64,000 bases of DNA from positions 173,798-237,797 of the forward strand of contig NMRA01000131.1 in the NCBI GenBank assembly GCA_002633005.1, given 5' to 3'. The position numbers were made by a program, and so were the translations under genes. Source of the DNA: Phoronis australis (Eukaryota; Animalia; Phoronida). Shown piece after piece: positions 53,901 to 64,000 of this stretch (positions are counted from its first letter, which is position 1; the number at the start of each line of letters is the position of its first letter). The notes under the pieces were generated by a model. That model ran no database searches. It had not been told where the DNA came from and was given only the letters and a program-made list of their open reading frames with translations.

Positions 53901-56900
53901 TATTCACATCTTAGAGTTTCCTGTTAGAATTGATAGCATGTGTCAATATTTTTCCTTGATGTAAAATTGGCATTGATTGAGACTATTATTTTGGATTAAA
54001 TGCTCGTAACAATTAGGTTAAGTTGGTTAATATGTTTTCCAATCATTTTATATGGCACAATTATGCTTCAGACTGTTGCTCTTGCTGCTGTCCTCCTTTG
54101 CTATGTGACGCTGGGCATTAGTTGTATATCTGGCAGTGTTTTGCACTGAGAGTTGTACAACTCAACATGAACATGGTGTTTTAAATGTTGGTGTTCCCGT
54201 CAGTTTAATGTTAGTTAGAGAAATGGGAATAGTAAATGCTTCAGGTCATGGATTTTCCAAGTTTGGTTTTTCTGTGTGCTGTTTAGACTTTACCAACACT
54301 CTGCCAGGGCTGTTCTTTCATTTTTCATTGTTTCAGTTCTGTGAAGTATATTGTATGGGCCCTTATTCACCCAAGGGGGAAGGTGCCTGTGCCATCTGAG
54401 AGGGAAATTTTTTGGTTGAAGGGAAAATTTTCCTACCGCGGCCACCACCAATTCTACCTTCCTGGTAGCCAATTCTCATCAGCAATGCCAAAGCCAATGT
54501 TTTGCAGAAGTGGTTCTAACCTTGAGGGGATTTTTTAATCATTGGAGGAGAATTTTTGGATCCGATGAGAGAAATTGTACATGTTTTTTACATATTTTTC
54601 ATCGAAGAATGGGGCTGACATGCGACCCCAAAACCCGAGACATCGAGGGCTCTGATTTTACAATGTTGTCCTTTCAGACCAAAGAACTACCAAAGGTGGA
54701 GAATATTGAAAATGCATATGTGTTGCTCAACCTGGGTGACTCAGTGACCACTGATCACATCTCCCCTGCTGGAAGCATTGCTCGCAACAGTCCGGCGGCT
54801 CGTTACCTGGCTAGCAATGGGTGAGAAATGCACATACCTACGCACGCGCATGCACACATGCACGAATACAGCTATTGTTCAATGTAATACTCCGGGAAGG
54901 TTTCACTTATGTTGACTTAATGCAAGTGAGATTCCATTCACATTGACTGGTTAGAAGTATGTGGCATTATCACAGTATGAAAACTAATTAGTGACAAGCC
55001 TTAAGACAAATCCCTGGGTTTAACTTAACTTCCATGTATAAGGAAATGAAATAGCTAGTTCCAAGTCATGTTTACATGTTGTTTTAAATACAGTGTGTTT
55101 AATAATTGCCAATTTTTCATGGAAGTGGATTAATACAAAATAGTTGCGCTTTCTTAAAGTGGTATTACTGTAAAAACGGTATCTAGTCAATTTGTATTTT
55201 GGTAAAATTGAGAGAAAAGTAGTGTAGTAGTCATTAGAAGAGTTAAAGTGCTGATTTGATGTGCTACACTTAACGCTCTTAGTTTACGATACACTAGCTA
55301 CAGCAGTTGAACTCTGTCAGTGTTAATATTCTGTGTGGTGATCTGGTGCCAGTATAGTCAATATGTTACTTTGGGTATTATTCAAACTTCGCTATTAGTT
55401 AATGACACTCTGATCCTTCTGGGTAGAAGGTTAAGTGAAATGATTTGACAAGCAGAACCAGTGGTGGTTGTTGACAGTATCTTTGGACAGTAACTTGGTT
55501 CAAATACCAAGCATCCATAGCAGATGAATGTGACCTACTCGGCTACAGACTTCTGCAACCTCTCTCTGGAGGAGCCTAATGACTGTATTTACGTATAGAG
55601 GGTTCTCATTATGAGTATTAAATCTGGTGTTTCATGCAATTGGCCCGAACTATGTGGCCTGTGCACATTCGATGCTATTCAATGCAATGTTTTTATTAAT
55701 GACAGCACAGTTACTTAGTTTGTTATCTTTCTTTGTCATCATCTGACTTGTGTTTTTCTTGCAGCTTGACACCTCGTGAATTCAACTCCTACGGTTCTCG
55801 TCGTGGCAACGACGCAATAATGGCCAGAGGGACATTTGCTAACATTCGACTGGTCAACAAGTTTATTGGCAAGGCTGGTCCTAAGACTATCCATGTGCCT
55901 TCAGGAGAACAGGTTGGCTGAAGTTCTCAAAGTATTGTTTGTTATAATTTGTTGACAATACATGCTGTAACTTTTTATTTCGTTGACTTGTGTGTTCTGA
56001 AGTGTGTGTGTGTGATTTATGTACTATTCTAGTATGATGTTGTTGATGCTATACCTATTCTGAAGTGTGTGTATTCTGTTCTAGAAGGATGGTGTTGATG
56101 CCACGCCTGTGCTGAAGTGTGTGTATTCTGTTCTAGAAAGACGGTGTTGATGGTATACCTGTTCTGAAGTGGTATTGTGTGTCATATTGCAGATGGACAT
56201 ATTTGATGCAGCTGTTCGTTACAAGAGTGAGAAGCATCAAGTAATTGTACTTGCTGGGAAGGAGTACGGTGCTGGCTCTTCACGTGATTGGGCAGCTAAA
56301 GGACCGTGGATGCAGGTCAGTTTGCTCACACCCCAAGGGGTTTGATGCATTTCTAACTATACTTTATTTAGTCAGATGTTTCTTGATCTCGGTAATTTCT
56401 TTCTAGTCTGTGGTCAGTTCTTTCTAGATTTTCACCATTTCTTGTTAAACTGCCCAGTTCTTTCAAGGATTTGTCCAGTTCTCACTGGATTTAGGTCTGT
56501 TCTTCTGGACTTACTTGGTTACCAGTTGGCTTGACCAGCTCCCCCAAGACAGACAGACAGACAGACACACACACACCACCATTCGCTCTGCTTTTCTGCA
56601 CTGCAAGGTACCTACATACCCAACATTAAAGTATTGAACTTAATATGTGAACACCCCAAGCTTACAACAAGTGTGGCCATTGTATTGGGATTTTTTTTTT
56701 TTTTGATGGCAAGTTTTGATTTTTGTGTTAGTCCAAAGAGATCATCCAGTTTCTGATAAAGTTTATTAACACTTTTAGATTTTTTGCCGCACCACCGCAA
56801 GCTACCTCGCCTAACTCACCACCCTCAAGACCATGTCAAAAGTATCTGTCTATTTTGATGCCATCATTTTGACGTCATATAAATTCTGAGACACTGTTAT

Positions 56901-59900
56901 CGTTGCATATTTTGGACTGTTTCATGTCGCTTCATTCTATGAAAGCCTTTACTAAACCTTAACATTGGATAAGATTTGTTAAGGAATTTTGACTGAACAG
57001 GTTTTTAAGGTTTTTTCAAAGCTTTGTGGATATTCAAATTATAAGCCAGTACATGTTTCATAATAGAAGGCACAAATAACCTTGTGTTTTTGTCTTTCAC
57101 ATTCAACGTTTTTACCTACTATGAGACAATTTGAAAAAAAGAAAATGTCTGTATAGTGGGACTACTAATGGCCACAATGTTGGCATCCAAATCCCATTCT
57201 CAAAGTGTTCCCTGCTTCTGCTTAAAGGGGATTTGCCATAGTTATGCATTTGGGGACACATTTATTTTATCATGAACTGTTATTTTCATTTGGATTTTTT
57301 TATCAACGGTGCTTTGCAACAATATTTGATCAAGTGTACAATGAAGTTGGGAGTGTTATTCATCAGTATGTGTTAGATATGGTATTGATTTATAGGAAGA
57401 CTAATACATGGAATAACTGAAGCGTCGGAAGCATTGTCATATTGCTTCAACAAATGGCCGACAAAGTCAGCCATGGGAAGGGTACAGGAGGGCTAGTCCC
57501 TCCCTCAGAAACTTTTGAGAATTCAAATATTATTTGGTGCATTCTATAGGCCTCAAAATGCCTTTTTGACTTGCTTTATGGAAAATATTGGACTGGGTCA
57601 GGCATTCGTGAATAAGAATAATGGGGTCTGTTATGAAGTAAAAATAACAAACTTACATGCAAGCCATTGGAAATTTAGCACTAAAGGAGAAAAGATGAAA
57701 ACTTATGGAGACTGACGAGTTAAGCAAGGCCACTCGTTAGGAATGGTGATTCTCATTGTTGGTATTATTTTGTCAAACCGTCTCAAACTTCTTGTCTAAC
57801 GATACCTGTACACTAATTTTCAAGGTCACTATAAGAAGAGCAAAGTCTGAGTTGGGGAAACTGCTGTCCACGTATTTTCTCAAGAAGGAGCTTTCAATTT
57901 GGTCCGTGTTTTGTAACGAGTTTCTGATGGGGCAACTAGAGGCGCCTCTCGGTTTTACCTATGTTGACCTCATTTTCAAGGCTATAGTGAGATGATGCAG
58001 TGTATGAAAGCTCAGACAATATTCTCAAAATAGTGATCATTTTCAGATATGTTGGAAATGAAGTGTTACAATGATATTCATCTGGCTTATCTGTACACAA
58101 ATTATTCATTACCCCATAAAATTATGGCATTAAAATTGCGTGCATCCGTAGGTGGCGGAGGCAATTGGGTGTGTGCCAAATACTTGTTTTAGTTTCAAAT
58201 TGCAAATTGTTGGACTTGGCATGTGGGCCTGCTTTAACTGTTACACATACAGATGAGTGGTCATTAGTATTGTGTACCTTACCTCTTATGTTTAGTTCTG
58301 TGCTTATTGTTATCTTTTGTCTTACAGGGGATAAAGGCAGTGATAGCGGAGAGTTACGAGCGCATCCATCGCAGTAACCTGGTCGGTATGGGTATTATAC
58401 CCTTCCAGTACCAACCTGGGCAAACAGCAGATACACTGGCTCTGACTGGCAAAGAACAGTATACTATTGAGATACCACCAGATGTCACTACAGGACAACT
58501 AGTCGATGTCAAGGTGACTAGCCTTTTGTTGATGACTTTTAAATTACCGTAACTTCTAACTACTTGTAGTCTATATTTTGCTAGTTGTCCAATTCTCTGT
58601 TTTGCCGACAAACATGAAGTTCAACACAATATGGCTGTAAATGGGAAGACAGTGGTGCAAAGGATATTTTAGTGATTTTGGTTCTGTTTTACACCATTAA
58701 TTCATTGTCCTTTAATGTCTTGTAAAGTACACGTTGCTGTTCCTGATGGTTGGTGTTCACCTCACATCTGTTGATAACCCCACCTCGTGCATGAATCACA
58801 CTTGGGATGGCCCACTTCAAGAGAGAATAACGGAGCGTTACTTTGAGGGTTAATGAGACTAATAAAGAATTATAATTTTTTAATAACTTTTTGCCATCTG
58901 ATCATACTCTTTGTTTGTTAATAGGTTAAAACGGTGTTAGGTATTCTTTTAAAGCCTTCCTGACATGGATTTTTGTTATTCCATGTGTATTGGGCTGTCC
59001 AGATAGTCCTTTGGCTACCAATGCTTTAGCAACACAAGAAAACACAATTTCTGTTTTGAAAATCCCTTGCATTTATAGCCTTGACCTTGAATAGTCCTCG
59101 ACGATTTTAATTCTAACTTTCAAAGGCCCTCGGATTTCAGCTTTTAGCTTCGAAAATATTTGCTTTTTTAATTTTTTGTTGTTGCTAAAACATATTTTTT
59201 AAAAAATCATGAAAGCCAATTGTTGCCCTGACTCACGTGAGGGAAAGGTGTCTGTGTCTTCTGAGAGGGCAATTTTTTGGTTGAGAGCAAAATTCTTCCC
59301 AGCCCCCTCTGCCATTGTCACTGCCAGTTCCATTCCCTAGCCATTCTCCTTGATTAGCAATACCTCAAGTAGACAAAACTAATGTTTCGTAGAAGTGATT
59401 TTAACCAAGAGTACTTTTTAAATTGTGGGAAGGGAATTTGTGGGCATGATTAGGGGATTTTTTGCATGATTTTTAAATATTTTTTCTTGGGGAATGGGAT
59501 CGATACTTTGCCCCAAAATCAAGAAGTTGGAGGCCTTAAAGACAGCGTCCAGCGGCTAAAACACCTTTTTGACACTAGAAAGGTATGTATTGTTCATAAA
59601 AAAATTTGTTTTTGCTTCTTACATACCACGGAAAGTAATTAATTGCGACACAAATTACACCGCTCATAATTCGTAGCCCCTTCGAGTGCCCCAGAAAAAA
59701 TCTCAACCAATCCGTGTAAAGTGGTTCATATGACATCATCGTGTCCACGAATTTACTCGTGAGCCACACTGCGTAACAGCCGAGTGCCATTTCTTGGACG
59801 TTCTGCACTCGTCGATCTCTGGGCTAAAATGCCTCTTTGCGTGGTGTGCGGGTGTAGCAATGTCAGTGGCAATGGGATACATTTGCACAACTTCCCCACC

Positions 59901-62719
59901 TATCATGTCGTGTGCCGTGCGTGGAATAGATCCGTATCCATGACAAGGCCTAGCGACAAAATTTCCCGATCGGCAAGATCTGATTTAGGCTTGCTGTTAA
60001 GCTGTATACAAAATCTACAGCTTCGGGTCGATGTGGGTAAAAAAGACTAAATAAAATCTGACGCAGAAATAGTGTCAGTAAAATCTACACTGCTCTTTGA
60101 GTAAACCAAATTATTTATTGGTGTTGGAAGAATTATCGTCATTACGGTTTTCCCATTGCTCCCAACTTGTTCGATTCTATAACCCAACAACAAGTTGGGA
60201 AGTTTACTCCTGTAGCGAATATCTTACACGACTGATTAACACCATTCTGGCATTTATGGTTGGAGGGCCAGCTCTCTTTTGTTTGATAATTGCTATAATC
60301 TCCAATAAGATTGTATCTATCCTGACTGGGGTGTACTGTTAAAAATAAAAGTTAAGTTATAACATTTGAACATAAACCAATAGCATTCCTGAAATCTTTG
60401 TCAAATGGTGATCATGTTTAGTTTTTGAATTGCCAAAATCGCCCAACTGCAACCAAAGTTACAACAATCTATTCTTTCCGAATACACCAAGTCACTCTGG
60501 GTTGACTGTGTTCAGAAGTGGTATGTAATAAGCCTGGTAGATAATTGGCCTGCCTGTTGACATAACAGACAAAAGACTGCTTGGCAGTTAACAAAGAAGC
60601 TAGATGTTATCACACGCTCACCACCTTCTACGTCTGGTAAAGGCACTGAACGGGAAAACGATGTCGTGTTCTACCGCTCATCTACTGCTAAAATTGAAGT
60701 GCGCTCTTGGGAGTTGGCGTTTGGCGATTACGTCACTTGACCTGAACAGTTTCTTTTCCCCCTCGGTTTATTCTTCTATCAACTGTTCTTTGCTGCCACA
60801 AGGTTGTGTACTGTCACAAAAAATTGTCGGAACTGGTCTCATTTCGTTACAAGTTATTAGCATTTTGAAGACCATCAAACCAAATTTAGAACAAACTTTA
60901 TTGCTGCTAAGCTGTTATCATGTCCCAAAAGTAGTCGCAAAATTTTAGTACGGCGCGTGCGCGTGTCACAAGCGTACTGACAACAGACTTTCTTTGTTAA
61001 AAAACTCAAAAGGCGGAGAGTAATGCTAGAAAATGACATTTATTAGATTATTCTTCCTTTAAACGACTGGCACTGAACGAGCAAGGTGAGTGTCCGAATT
61101 GTCTCCCAGATTTTGCATTCACCCTGGCCGTCGGTCGTTGGCTCTGCGATACAAGTTTCATGACGAGTTGACTAATACAACTCATACCCGGTCTGTATGA
61201 AATTTCGTGATAGACTACAGTCTATAGTCTAGGGTTTAACAGAGCTGAAGTCACAAGGTTACCTAGCTGTATTTTGGTGATAGTCTTCAAACAGCTAGCT
61301 GGTTGGTTACAAAAAATCTGCAGTGTGCACTTGGATGTTTCGTGTCACTGTTCCGGCCCAGAGTGTAGGGAATCTATTACAGTCACATGCAATGTTGTGT
61401 TGCTGTTAAATTTTCAATTTTTTTAGCTTGACCGAGTCAAAATGGCGGCGATTATGGGTTGCAGCATTTCAAGGCGACTTATTTTGAAAATTGAGTTTCT
61501 AATATAAAATTTTCAATGAATTTGAATATAATTGCATTGTACGAAAAGATCATGCTGATGTGTGCTGTAACGTTTCCAACTATTTTGTACCAAATGAAAC
61601 GGCCTGTTGTCATCTATACCCATACGGGATACACACACAACAGCCGTCCATATTGGAATCGCATAGCGTTCACACCTTCGGCTTCAAAAAGACATGAATG
61701 GAAAGTTACTAACATCAAAGTTTTTGTATCAAACAAATTACACTTTATAATAAACATTGGGAAATTGCTGATAACAATTCAGACGAAGAGTTTTGTTTTT
61801 CCGGCTGTTTTGACGGCACCAGTCACACTCCTGGGGATTCCCATACTGACCCGTATTAGAATGTCTGCTAAATAATTTAATAAAAATTCTAAAGGTAGTG
61901 AATTTGATTAATATTAATATTAACTGACATGAAATGAAAAATTAATGTGTTTCCTTGATTTTCCACGTATTTTGCACTAAATTAAAAAACGAGTCATCTC
62001 TGATTCCAATAGTCTGGAGACACGCTGAAAGCCAAATTCATTGTAACGATGATGTCATAGACTTCGATTAGTGCAAGCGTCGTCTCAAGTTTTTTTGGTG
62101 CTAAATGGGGTTCGTGATGGGGCTACTGTATTGTCGAAGATCTACTTAATTAACGACTGGGGTATGCTATGACACAGTATTTTGATGTTTTTCATCAATA
62201 AATGTATTTCAGATATAAAAATAGTCATTTTGGCACCATACTTGGCCTTTAACTGCCGTTTTTCTTGATATATTGTTTTTGCAGTTAATTAAAAAATTAA
62301 ATCAAATTTTCCACTTTTACTCCCTCAAAGATTATTCCCAGTTGTGAAAGGTGTTGTGGTTACTGCACACAAAGTTGCATGAAAATGACCTTGTATTGCA
62401 ATGAATATGCCTTGAACTACCCTTGAAAGTCCTTGAAACGTCCTGGAATGTTTTCTCAAACTTTTGTGTGAATCATGGATTTCAACACTCAAATGCAAGT
62501 GGTCAAGTGATATGAAGTAGAACTGTATTGAAAAGTGTGTGCTATTTTACAAACCATAATTGATTGTACCTGCTCCTCCACAAAACATTGTTTTTCCAGT
62601 TGAGTGACGGCAGAAGCTTCAAAGTGATAATCAGGTTTGACACCAATGTGGAGCTCACTTACTTCCGCCATGGAGGCATCCTCAACTACATGATCCGCAG
62701 CATGATGTCACCAAAGTAG
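35993..62719 (+). CDS. ACO1: Cytoplasmic aconitate hydratase / iron regulatory protein, 895 aa (953 aa with exon 40318-40491)
   Basis: Exons 35993-36011, 37098-37187, 38645-38813, 39391-39528, (40318-40491), 43911-43980, 45365-45548, 46396-46535, 47660-47831, 48090-48190, 49244-49372, 50383-50530, 51121-51256, 51559-51643, 52135-52291, 53125-53249, 53767-53871, 54678-54820, 55765-55912, 56193-56315, 58328-58513, 62600-62719, all GT-AG and in frame. Motifs [73 protein letters not shown]. Confidence 0.96.
37375..37580 (-). mobile_element. tRNA-derived SINE
   Basis: Minus strand has A-box-like GTGGCCTAGTG and B-box GGTTCGAGTCC followed by a non-tRNA tail. A similar tail piece (tgtggcctg.gcac) occurs near 55650. 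Confidence 0.65.
38060..38600. repeat. Minisatellite of about 44 bp with degenerate 18-bp subunits
   Basis: gtacattgtagatctgtgtgtattgtataattatctactgttat about 4 perfect copies, plus decayed cattgtagatctatg units. Confidence 0.9.
40318..40491 (+). CDS. IRP2-insertion-like exon of the ACO1/IRP gene (58 codons, phase 2-2, skippable in frame)
   Basis: TTTTACAG| acceptor and AAGG|GTTTGT donor. Encodes [65 protein letters not shown] and CPFH match the IREB2-specific insert. Confidence 0.85.
41679..42160. mobile_element. Non-autonomous TTAA-type DNA transposon
   Basis: TTAA|TGTTATGTAGGACC ... GGTCGTACATAACC|TTAG: imperfect TIRs with a TTAA-like TSD. Confidence 0.6.
43331..43582. mobile_element. 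MITE family of about 250 bp, copy 1 of 3
   Basis: TIR CAGG(G/C)CTT...AAGCTCTG and flanks AATCAG/AATTAG. Homologous to 45704-45947 and 63482-63734. Confidence 0.75.
44040..44920. repeat. 33-bp minisatellite plus gap-flanking duplication (N at 44445)
   Basis: Units of acactgctacaatacatcgtataacagattata. About 44085-44444 is repeated at about 44560-44920. Confidence 0.9.
45704..45947. mobile_element. MITE family of about 250 bp, copy 2
   Basis: CAGGGCTT...CCAAGTCCTG with the internal ggatttcctctttt..gattcca body shared with the other copies. Confidence 0.75.
49553..50191. repeat. Exact duplication of about 278 bp flanking an assembly N at 49912
   Basis: 49553-49831 is identical to 49913-50191. 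Confidence 0.9.
54306..54654. repeat. Dispersed repeat, related to 59124-59536
   Basis: Shared ctgagaggg.aattttttggttga, aatgttt..cagaagtg.tt.taacc and ccccaaaa.c.aga blocks. Confidence 0.6.
55990..56180. repeat. Degenerate tandem repeat of about 50 bp
   Basis: ctgaagtgtgtgtattctgttctaga...ggtgttgatg, 3-4 copies, just upstream of the exon at 56193. Confidence 0.7.
56548..56577. repeat. (GACA)n/(CA)n microsatellite
   Basis: gacagacagacagacagacacacacacac. Confidence 0.85.
59540..60050 (+). mobile_element. DNA-transposon remnant with a THAP-domain N-terminus; ends unresolved
   Basis: Begins after a TTAA. From 59829 it reads [27 protein letters not shown], the pattern of a THAP start, and is then truncated. 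Confidence 0.55.
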
Positions 62720-63481
62720 ACTGCTTACCTTTGACCCTGGTACTGTCCAATGGCAGGCTTATTATCCTCTGGGCATTATCACCTGGTCTAGTTCACTTAA
62801 TGTTAAAGTTCTAAAGGAATGACCATTGGTTAGTGTTAACCAATTGGCAGGTTAATTTGTTATTTAGCTACTTGCATGATTGTCTGCAGCATATTAAATG
62901 ATGGTTACACATAAAATTAATTTTAGTTTAATTGTTCCATTTTTGTTATTCATTTAATTCCGAGTTGTATTTTTGTTTCAGATTTGATGATAAGTCAGTA
63001 CAAGTGTTTAATGACAATGACATTATTTAAGAGTGACCAGTTTCGACATAGCAAAAATGAAATAGACTTGAGGTCTTTGCCCAGAAGTTGCTGTTAACTG
63101 CATTTTGATTAGATATGTTAATTGTTGTTGACTCAAACATTCACTCTGTTCATTGCTCTCTCGGAACTGTTGTTGGAAGCAATAATGATAAATAAATGAA
63201 TTGGAAATTATTTGTTATCATAGTTAACCTGTAGATGATCATGACAACCTTTGCTAGTTCAGTGGGTGGAGTTATTGCACCTGGAGTTGCTGTTTTAAGG
63301 TTTCATGAACAGATAGTGGAAGGTGTAGAGTGTACACATGGGGGTAGTGGTTGTGGGGTTAGAAAGTGCAGACAAGGCGCCCGCTTTGTACAACCTGATT
63401 AGGGCGTATATCATGTTTTAGACATTAGTTGTCATGGTTTGACTAAATAATGACTTATACCTGTATGTATACTGTGAGTCA

Positions 63482-63734
63482 TTGGGCTTGAAATTTTCCT
63501 CATTTAACAGGATTTCCTCTTTTTTGGTTTCGATTTCCTTTTATTTGATTTCCAGTTTCCTCTTTTTTCATCTCTTTTTATCATTATTTTGACTTTATTG
63601 GTATAAAAACGTTTATTTCAGTTATATTTTACAACACAGAAAATATTCCTATGGCACAAGCCCGTTTATTTGTGGAAGGATACCATCGCCTGGAAAAATT
63701 TCCTCTTTTTTGTCAGTGGTCCTTCCAAGCCCAG
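63482..63734. mobile_element. MITE family of about 250 bp, copy 3
   Basis: TTGGGCTTG...CCAAGCCCAG with flanks GAGTCA/AAGTCA (6-bp TSD, one mismatch). Confidence 0.75.
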
Positions 63735-64000
63735 AAGTCAGAACAGGGTAAATTGTCCCTTGTCTTTCAAGTAGTGTTTAGTTACTACCTGTACTTCAGT
63801 GACACTGTGAGAACGGCCATGCTGGCTGTGACTGACAAAATTTAAGGCAAGCTGGCCAGATTGTATTAGTTGGATAAGATTTACGAAATACGCCTTGGAT
63901 AACAAAAATGTTTAAGTATGGGGAGTGAAACATTGGACAATTGTATTCCAGTCATTTGGCATTCAATCAAATAAGACTTTCAGTAGATGATTATGAAGTA

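Overview
AT-rich, intron-rich animal genomic DNA, probably from a marine invertebrate such as a lophotrochozoan (inference only). Splicing exons by hand gives six protein-coding genes. (1) An unrecognised 106-aa three-exon gene (+, 512-3452). (2) CCDC170 (-, 7 exons). (3) A COX7A2L/SCAF1-type gene (+), head-to-head with CCDC170. (4) A second, short-type COX7A paralog in tandem (+). (5) SLC25A44 (-), with a GC-AG intron. (6) A complete 22-exon cytosolic aconitase/iron-regulatory protein gene (+, 35993-62719), head-to-head with SLC25A44. The most notable observation is that the IRP gene keeps ACO1/IRP1-type catalytic residues but also has a frame-neutral 174-nt exon (PNPGGG...CxxC...CPFH) resembling the IRP2-specific insertion at the same position. 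One gene could therefore encode IRP1-like and IRP2-like isoforms. Introns and intergenic DNA hold non-autonomous DNA transposons (TTAA/THAP Kolobok-like, 5- and 6-bp-TSD MITEs), a tRNA-derived SINE and minisatellites. Three single-N assembly joins are flanked by duplicated sequence.
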